A DNA stretch of 64,000 bases from an uncultured virus (IMG/VR IMGVR_UViG_3300042363_001425) (taxonomy: Duplodnaviria; Heunggongvirae; Uroviricota; Caudoviricetes): IMG/VR virus record IMGVR_UViG_3300042363_001425; one strand, written 5' to 3'. Every line of letters starts with the position of its first letter. Positions within the stretch are counted from its first letter, which is position 1. A program made the position numbers and the translations under genes. This document shows positions 57,903 through 64,000 of the stretch, in pieces. Under the pieces are notes generated by a model. The model made no database searches and was not told the DNA's origin. It worked only from the letters and a program-made list of their open reading frames with translations.

Positions 57903-58023
57903 CTTTTACCTGTAAAGTGAAAAAAGTTTAAGTTTCGATCCTATCTTGCTGATAAATAACTCTAGCGCAAAATAGGCCAAGTTCAAAAGTTATGAATTTG
58001 GAGCTACTGCGATAAATAAATAA
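57903..58023. promoter_or_regulatory. Divergent control region: early-type promoter on - (57903-57929), tandem late motifs on + (57952, 58012/58016) flanking a hairpin
   Basis: AAAC-N17-TAAAAG on -; GATAAATAACTCTAG identical to 31716-31730; CCAAGTTCA/TGAATTTGG stem. Confidence 0.55.
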
Positions 58024-58046
58024 CTTCAAAATAATACGCAAAAGCG

Positions 58047-61031
58047 ATGGCAGAAAAATTAAATCTGAACCGATATAAAGCAAGCGGTGTCTACACAGTA
58101 GAAATTGATGAAAGCACTAACCTGAGTCTACCACTCTCAACTGGAAGATTGGTGATTGGATCGAGCAAAAAAGGCCCGATTAACTCAGTAGTACTTATCA
58201 ATGACTTACGTTCACTGATTGCAGTATACGGAGAGACAGACTCTAAATTAGAAAAAAATGGTAGCTATTTTCATAGAACAATCGAGGTTGCTCTAAGACA
58301 AGGCCCAGTTTATGCACTAAACCTACAACCTATTGCTGATACTGATGTTGCTTATTTTGCAACATTCAACACAGAGTCAGCGTCAAACAATTCAAATTGG
58401 TCAACTGGTACGTACAATGACAGTATCTCTCACTTCTATAACACTCAAAAGTTATGGTTTGCTGATGTTGATGCAGTTAACAAGTACAAAAACCTTTCAT
58501 TAGGGGATACGTTCCCTGCAACTGGAACAACTGATCAAGATGCTAATAAAATCTTAACCGTTGTTAACTTGTCTAAGAAAGCAGTTACTGCATGGACTAG
58601 AATAGCTGATACTACTGGTTATGATATTAAAGTTAAGGATTACTACAAACTTCTTGGAGATAAAGTAGAAGTTCCTGAATTTTTACATCCAGATGATTAC
58701 GTATCTGACTACTTCGTTGAATTAACTGTAGTTGAAGGAGATTGGTCTGATTATATTAGATTAGCAAAAGATCCTATCTACAAACAATACTTTAACGAAA
58801 GCGGTTTGATCCTATCTAAAATGAACGATTTCTTGGGATTAAGAGAAGTTACAATTGTTAACAGAACAAGTGGTGCTATCATTCCAGATTTTAAAGATCT
58901 TGCTGGCAATATTGCAGCATTAGATTCATTATTTAACAGAAAATTCAGCCAAGCTGGAGTTTATTGTGCAATTGACTACAAGAAAATTGACATGATGGAT
59001 TTAACTAATCCAGTTTTTGATAGTGGCGACGGAGTTGAAACTATTGAATCTCAACGCCTTGACCTAGTAGGTTACGGATTTGATGAATTAAATGTGGCAG
59101 TTTATGCAGTTGATAATGGAGTAACTGAAGATGCAATTGATGCAGTTAAATTAATTGATACTTTAAGTTACAAGAAATCAGCTGGTTACGATTATTATTT
59201 TGCACTAGACGAAATTAACTGGAATTCAACTTATTCAGCTGGTGAAACTTATACGATCAGTGATGGTGGAACTAAGTACATTGTTGCAACTGAGTCAAGC
59301 TTACTTTATAAAGCATGGGCAAACGGTTTTATTAAAACCGGCGACCGCTTAATGGATGGTGTAACTGCTCTATACTTACAAACTGATGGATTAGTTAAAA
59401 CTGATCCAAGTCAACTTAAATACATTGAGTTCTTGGTTTATTCAGACGCAACTTTCACAAACCAAGTAGATGTAGAATTGTTCGTAAGCACAGGTTCTAA
59501 TAACTTCTTACACATTATATCAGCAACCTCTGAATTGTTTAACTACAATTTTGATCTTACTGATTCCGATTTCTTTATCACTACTGGTACATACAACTAC
59601 AAATACTTTGCACCTAACCAATTAGTATTTACATTAAACGATAACCTTTACGGTTTAGCCGCTAAGAAAGAAACTACTAACCCTAGCTTTGATGCTGCTC
59701 GTAGAGCTCAAATCGAAGCATTCTTTAAACCTGGACAATGGATTAAAGCTGGTCTAGTTAAAGATGCACTAGGTGATAATGTTATTCGTGATAGATTCTT
59801 AAAAATTAAGTCAGTTTATGCTAAGGTTGTATTAACCCCAGCTAAGACGCTACAGTATACAATTACAGTAGATACTGCATCTGACTCTAATGTTATTGGA
59901 ATTAACCTGGACAATGCTACTCTATCTGTTTACAAAGGTATTAGCAACTACGTAACTAACTTACGTGGAATTTATCTTCCATCAATGTTGGTTAATGAAA
60001 CTGCTCTATACCCTAACGGTACAGCAACTCGTCAAGACGAAATCTTAGATTACATGTTTGATGATACTAATATTGCATCTACTTTAGCAGATGGAGAAAC
60101 TTTAGACTATCGTTACATTGTTGATTCTTACGAAGGTCAAATTGCGCCTGCATCAAAACAACAACTTGTTCAACTTGCAGCAAATCACGGAAAAGCTTTA
60201 GCTATATGTAATGCTCCATCTTTAGCACAATATGAAAGATCAATTGATCCTAGCTTTATTGATTTCAATACTAACTTAGTATCAGCTGAATACATTTCAA
60301 CTGGAGGTAATCTTTCATCTAATCCAGAATTTACTTTTGGATTTGCCGCTGGAGATAAAAACGGTATTGCAATCTCTTCTTATGCAGCATACTTCATGCC
60401 AAACCTAGTAATATTTGACGGAGGTAGAAGCAAGTCAGTTCCGCCAGCAGCGTTCGTAGCAAATACGTACATGAAGAAATATTCAAGCGGTAATACATTC
60501 TCTATCGTAGCAGGTAAAAGAGGTATTATCACTGAACCTGAAGTTACAGGTCTTGAATATGATTTAACTGATGAGGACCGCGCTTACTTAGAGCCAGTTG
60601 GTTTCAACTTGATCGTAAGACGTAGAGGATTTGGAGTAATGTTATTCTCAAATAACACAGGTTACCAAAAAGTAAAATCAGCGTTGAATAACATTCACGT
60701 AAGAGAAGCTTTAGTAACAATTGAGAAAGATATTGAAAGAATCTTATTAAACTACCTATTTGATTTTAATGATACAACTACTCGATTAAGAGTTAAGACC
60801 CTAGTTAATAACTACTTAGCAGCAGTTCAAGACGCTAGAGGTATTGCAACATTTAGTATTGTATTTGATGATTCAAATAACGGAACTGAAGTTCTTGAAA
60901 ACAATGCAGGCATCATCGATATTATCGTTGACTTCCCAAGAGGTATTCACAAGTTCATCAACCGTATTACAATCACAAGAGCAGGTGGTCAACTATCTTC
61001 TCAATCTACAGGATTTACGCCGTCATTCTAA
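58047..61031 (+). CDS. Tail sheath protein, gp18-like
   Basis: SGVYTVEID N-terminus; VPPAA, AGKRG, NNIHVRE, FDFND..TR and IHKFINRI C-terminal sheath blocks. Confidence 0.9.
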   Translation: MAEKLNLNRYKASGVYTVEIDESTNLSLPLSTGRLVIGSSKKGPINSVVLINDLRSLIAVYGETDSKLEKNGSYFHRTIEVALRQGPVYALNLQPIADTDVAYFATFNTESASNNSNWSTGTYNDSISHFYNTQKLWFADVDAVNKYKNLSLGDTFPATGTTDQDANKILTVVNLSKKAVTAWTRIADTTGYDIKVKDYYKLLGDKVEVPEFLHPDDYVSDYFVELTVVEGDWSDYIRLAKDPIYKQYFNESGLILSKMNDFLGLREVTIVNRTSGAIIPDFKDLAGNIAALDSLFNRKFSQAGVYCAIDYKKIDMMDLTNPVFDSGDGVETIESQRLDLVGYGFDELNVAVYAVDNGVTEDAIDAVKLIDTLSYKKSAGYDYYFALDEINWNSTYSAGETYTISDGGTKYIVATESSLLYKAWANGFIKTGDRLMDGVTALYLQTDGLVKTDPSQLKYIEFLVYSDATFTNQVDVELFVSTGSNNFLHIISATSELFNYNFDLTDSDFFITTGTYNYKYFAPNQLVFTLNDNLYGLAAKKETTNPSFDAARRAQIEAFFKPGQWIKAGLVKDALGDNVIRDRFLKIKSVYAKVVLTPAKTLQYTITVDTASDSNVIGINLDNATLSVYKGISNYVTNLRGIYLPSMLVNETALYPNGTATRQDEILDYMFDDTNIASTLADGETLDYRYIVDSYEGQIAPASKQQLVQLAANHGKALAICNAPSLAQYERSIDPSFIDFNTNLVSAEYISTGGNLSSNPEFTFGFAAGDKNGIAISSYAAYFMPNLVIFDGGRSKSVPPAAFVANTYMKKYSSGNTFSIVAGKRGIITEPEVTGLEYDLTDEDRAYLEPVGFNLIVRRRGFGVMLFSNNTGYQKVKSALNNIHVREALVTIEKDIERILLNYLFDFNDTTTRLRVKTLVNNYLAAVQDARGIATFSIVFDDSNNGTEVLENNAGIIDIIVDFPRGIHKFINRITITRAGGQLSSQSTGFTPSF

Positions 61032-61041
61032 TTAAAAAAAT

Positions 61042-61335
61042 ATGAAACCTATGAAACGCTATATAATGTTATTTGAAAACTTTAATGATACAGTTCATTA
61101 CATGGTAAAACCAATAGGCGATTCTTTTAGAATATTTGCTAAAACTCCTAAGATGAAATTGGATGGCAGTGAATATGCAGATTGCGAATCTTTATTCGGT
61201 AAAGGTACAATGTGGAAAGATTATGATACTCATCATAGTGCTAAAGCGGCTATTGCCAGTTTATCAAATATGAGTCATGATATGATTACGCCGAGTTACC
61301 GCAAGCCTCACGAGCCTCGTGAATATATGGCTTAA
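61042..61335 (+). CDS. Putative internal head protein
   Basis: KRYIMLFENFND. Confidence 0.6.
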   Translation: MKPMKRYIMLFENFNDTVHYMVKPIGDSFRIFAKTPKMKLDGSEYADCESLFGKGTMWKDYDTHHSAKAAIASLSNMSHDMITPSYRKPHEPREYMA

Positions 61336-61355
61336 TTAAAAATTTTAATGTAAAT

Positions 61356-61384
61356 AAAAAGGACCTCAATTGAGGTCCTTTTTT
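61356..61384. terminator. Bidirectional intrinsic terminator
   Basis: AAAAAGGACCTC-AATT-GAGGTCCTTTTT. Confidence 0.85.
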
Positions 61385-61436
61385 GTTAGGGCTGACTGTT
61401 AAAATCAATTCCACCACTTGGTTTAAGTCCAAGAAC

Positions 61437-62036
61437 TTAGTCGTTGTCTGCAGCTCCCATAGTTTCTTCAAGAACTCTGACTGTGTCAGTTGAATCATTA
61501 TGTAGAACTCCAATACCGCCAGCGGCTGTCCATTTTTCTAACTTTCTTTCAAAGTCGTCAATTAGGATAGGTTCGCAATGCAATAGTGTTTTAGCTGGCT
61601 CAACATATTCATGTTTTTGACTAGCTAAAATAAAACGAGTTTCTTTTGTAAAATCAGCAGGGTCGGTTATTGCCGCTTGATCAATTCCTAAATTAGCATT
61701 AACCCATTTAGCCTTGCCAGTAAAACAACCTGGGTGTCTACTAGGCGAAGATAAGATAATTGGGTCATACCTTTTAATGTAGTCCCATAGCTCCCTACCG
61801 TCTTTCATCCATGGTAGATTAGTCCAAAAGGCTTCTCCTAATTTATCGATTGCTGGCCAAATTGAATCTTTGCCGTGTTTAGATTCGTATTCTTTAGGGG
61901 ATAGGCGGTCCGTGTTGTCGGGTAATTCTTTAAAACCTCGGTCAAAGTCAACTAGGACTCCGTCAAGATCGCAAAATACTCGAAACTTAGTAGTTCCAGC
62001 ATCCTCATTTACAAATTCTGTGAATTTTTTAATCAT
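61437..62036 (-). CDS. HAD 5'(3')-deoxyribonucleotidase-like protein with capsid-targeting-like N-terminus
   Basis: MIKKFTEFVNE; FCDLDGVLVDF, ILSSP, LIDD and W..AGG.G motifs. Confidence 0.8.
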   Translation of the reverse strand: MIKKFTEFVNEDAGTTKFRVFCDLDGVLVDFDRGFKELPDNTDRLSPKEYESKHGKDSIWPAIDKLGEAFWTNLPWMKDGRELWDYIKRYDPIILSSPSRHPGCFTGKAKWVNANLGIDQAAITDPADFTKETRFILASQKHEYVEPAKTLLHCEPILIDDFERKLEKWTAAGGIGVLHNDSTDTVRVLEETMGAADND

Positions 62037-62361
62037 TTTGTTTTAGTTCAAATTGAGTGTCTTGATCTTGGTTGATAATGGCCAAAAGATCGTTTGCCAT
62101 AATTAAGTGGTATGCAACTGAATCCCAAGTTACGTCAAGGCCTGAGTATCTTTGGTAAAGAACTTTGTCGCCTATTTTAACTGGACATTTTGAGTTGTCT
62201 GCAACTAGGTGACCTAGTGAAACTACTATTCCAGTATTTGGTCTTTTTCTTGCATCCACTGATAAAATAATGCCAGTTTCAGTTTTAGCTTGAACAGCGT
62301 CTGGTAAAACCATGACTCTTTCAAACAAAGGTATAAATCCTTCTGATATGTTAATGCTCAT
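62029..62361 (-). CDS. groES: GroES-like co-chaperonin
   Basis: PLFERV, KTETGIIL mobile loop, VKIGDKVLY..YSG, DLLAI. Confidence 0.88.
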   Translation of the reverse strand: MSINISEGFIPLFERVMVLPDAVQAKTETGIILSVDARKRPNTGIVVSLGHLVADNSKCPVKIGDKVLYQRYSGLDVTWDSVAYHLIMANDLLAIINQDQDTQFELKQND

Positions 62362-63471
62362 TTAGCTTTTGTAATTTTTTTTGAATTTATAATAATTAAA
62401 CTTACGACGAGAGCTTAGATCAACGCTAGCTTTAATTGCATCCATAACCTCAGTTGGAAAAACTGCGGTACTTAAACGTACTAATGTCTTATTGCGATTA
62501 ATGTTATTCTCGGTCGTCAGCCATTCACCAGGTTCCTTTATCTTTAGAGTTTCACATGTAACTTCACGTAAAAAATCCATGAACCCTAGGTCACCTGAAT
62601 CAATTAAGTATTTAACTTCGGTCCACGGTAGAGAAGCTTTAACTAGTTCAATAATTCTGGTAACTTTAGAAGCAGTCATCTTTGGATGAACTCTTGGAAT
62701 ATTATCAGAAGCATCACCAGCTAAACATTTGGTTAAAATATCAAGAGTCGGATCAATCATAAAATGTTTGTAATCCTTTTGAGTTAAGTCGTTTAGGATA
62801 TTCACAATTGCTGAGTTATCGATATTCTCAATGTCAAAATCAAAAAGATCAATTGATTCTTCTTTAATTTCCCCAAAGTCCTCAGTTGTGTAAATCTTTT
62901 TGTACTTAGTCATTTGTTTTGGCATGATAAGAATTACTTTACGTTTCTTGCTTTCAAGCAATTGAGTTAAGTCCTTATCTACTGACCATATACAAATATC
63001 CTCTTGTAAATTTTCACAAATGTAAGCAATTAAGTCATCACCTTCTGCGCCAGGAACACGGTTTACAACAACTCCGTAATCTTCGGAAATTGTACTTAAG
63101 ATTTCAGTTTGAAAGTACTCAAAGAATAGGTAGATTTTATCATCGTATTTTCTTTGACCCTTATAACTAAAATCGCCTTCACCGTGAGTTTCAAAATGTT
63201 CCTTAATGTATTTCTTTCTCCAACTCTTAGAGTCGAATACAAAAAATACAGAACTAATATTTTCCTTAAATGGGGCAAGGATACTTCCAAAGTAATTTAT
63301 TGAAAATTGTCTGAAGGTATCTTTGCTTGCCTGTTTAAGAAGGAATTTATCATCATTTAATAAGTCGGAAACGTAGTACTTCTCGCCAACCCGCTTGTCG
63401 TTTGCTAGAATATTCTTTGCAATACTTACAGCTACATTTAAAAAAGCATTTCCGTCTATGATTAAATTCAT
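62362..63471 (-). CDS. rnh: 5'-3' exonuclease / T4 RNase H-like (FEN family)
   Basis: IIDGN, VFD..SWR, YKGQR, EGDDLIA, DKDLTQL and GDASDNIP motifs. Confidence 0.9.
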   Translation of the reverse strand: MNLIIDGNAFLNVAVSIAKNILANDKRVGEKYYVSDLLNDDKFLLKQASKDTFRQFSINYFGSILAPFKENISSVFFVFDSKSWRKKYIKEHFETHGEGDFSYKGQRKYDDKIYLFFEYFQTEILSTISEDYGVVVNRVPGAEGDDLIAYICENLQEDICIWSVDKDLTQLLESKKRKVILIMPKQMTKYKKIYTTEDFGEIKEESIDLFDFDIENIDNSAIVNILNDLTQKDYKHFMIDPTLDILTKCLAGDASDNIPRVHPKMTASKVTRIIELVKASLPWTEVKYLIDSGDLGFMDFLREVTCETLKIKEPGEWLTTENNINRNKTLVRLSTAVFPTEVMDAIKASVDLSSRRKFNYYKFKKNYKS

Positions 63472-63475
63472 GATA

Positions 63476-63787
63476 TTAGTTTTTAGGTGCAGCTTTTGCT
63501 GCTGGTGGATTAGGTTGAACGCTTAGTTTTTTAATTGCCTTTGCAATCAGTTCAGATTCGTCAAGAGTAAATATACCCTTTGCTTGGCAATGAGTAGCTG
63601 CTGAAATTAGGACAATCACTGAGTGTTCAGGTGTTAAGTTTGCCAAGAACTGTTCGTAGTCATTCTGATTTGTATAGCTAATTGAAGATAAAAGAGTCGC
63701 AATTGGAGCAGCCTCAGGTTGAGTGTTTTCAACCTGAGGATTCTCTACAACTGGCTCAGTCTTTTTACTATTACTTTTAGTAGTCAT
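63476..63787 (-). CDS. Hypothetical protein
   Basis: 103-aa ORF. Confidence 0.65.
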   Translation of the reverse strand: MTTKSNSKKTEPVVENPQVENTQPEAAPIATLLSSISYTNQNDYEQFLANLTPEHSVIVLISAATHCQAKGIFTLDESELIAKAIKKLSVQPNPPAAKAAPKN

Positions 63788-63802
63788 GAGCTTTTAATTA
63801 TT

Positions 63803-64000
63803 TTATAAGTCTGCGAATAAATCGTCTAAATCATCTGCTTTAGCTGGAGCAGCTGGGGCAGGAGTTGCGGTGTTCACTGGAGCTGCAGGCATGTCAAAAT
63901 CATCTTCTAAATCAATTGACGTGCTCTTACTTGCTGGAGTTGGAGCTGGTGTGTATTCCAAATCTTCTCCCATTGGCGCTTGTGTACGATTGATAGGTTT
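63803..64000 (-). CDS. C-terminal end of probable ssDNA-binding protein (gp32-like), truncated by the window edge
   Basis: Open frame ...IDLEDDFDMPAAP...ADDLDDLFADL*; the acidic tail resembles that of T4 gp32; upstream of rnh. Confidence 0.6.
   Translation of the reverse strand, partial: KPINRTQAPMGEDLEYTPAPTPASKSTSIDLEDDFDMPAAPVNTATPAPAAPAKADDLDDLFADL

Noticed and set aside
1325..63290. Many short antisense or alternate-frame ORFs in the track (e.g. 6244..6552, 33038..33463, 42621..42971, 45299..45589)
   Set aside because: They lie within well-supported genes and look like shadow frames
1..64000. Stop-codon reassignment, as in some large phages
   Set aside because: Core genes are full length in the standard code, and TAA, TAG and TGA all terminate genes
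1..64000. tRNA or rRNA genes
   Set aside because: Intergenic gaps are short and none showed a cloverleaf by eye; tRNAscan-SE or ARAGORN would confirm

Overview
A 64-kb AT-rich segment of a large, divergent T4-like myophage in the standard genetic code. The host is probably Bacteroidota, inferred from Bacteroidetes-type ClpC and lipoprotein signals and A-rich leaders lacking Shine-Dalgarno sites. Virion genes are mostly on the + strand: neck gp13, gp25, a baseplate hub cluster, a protease-scaffold fusion, major capsid, tail tube and sheath; portal, gp2 and gp4 are on the - strand. These are interleaved with mostly - strand replication, recombination and nucleotide genes: primase, a family-B DNA polymerase split into two genes about 39 kb apart, UvsW, UvsY, UvsX, gp46/47, gp41, RNase H, the gp32 C-terminus, dUTPase, dCMP deaminase and a thymidylate-synthase homolog with the dCMP-specific Asp. 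Two promoter-like motifs separate the gene classes: ATAAATAA before virion genes and AAAC-N17/18-TAWAAK before non-structural genes. The most notable observations are: (1) about 18 unrelated proteins share a T4 capsid-targeting-like signal (I/V-x-x-F-x-x-F/Y/W, often followed by N-E), including apparent enzymes; (2) the first gene's predicted transcript is closed by a 19-bp 5'-3' stem that competes with a structured leader; (3) the split polymerase; (4) a likely modified-cytosine pathway; (5) a nested scaffold start inside the protease gene; (6) a SET-domain gene with an altered active site between gp47 and gp46. All calls come from motif reading by eye; no database search was run. No tRNA, rRNA, CRISPR array or mobile element was seen.
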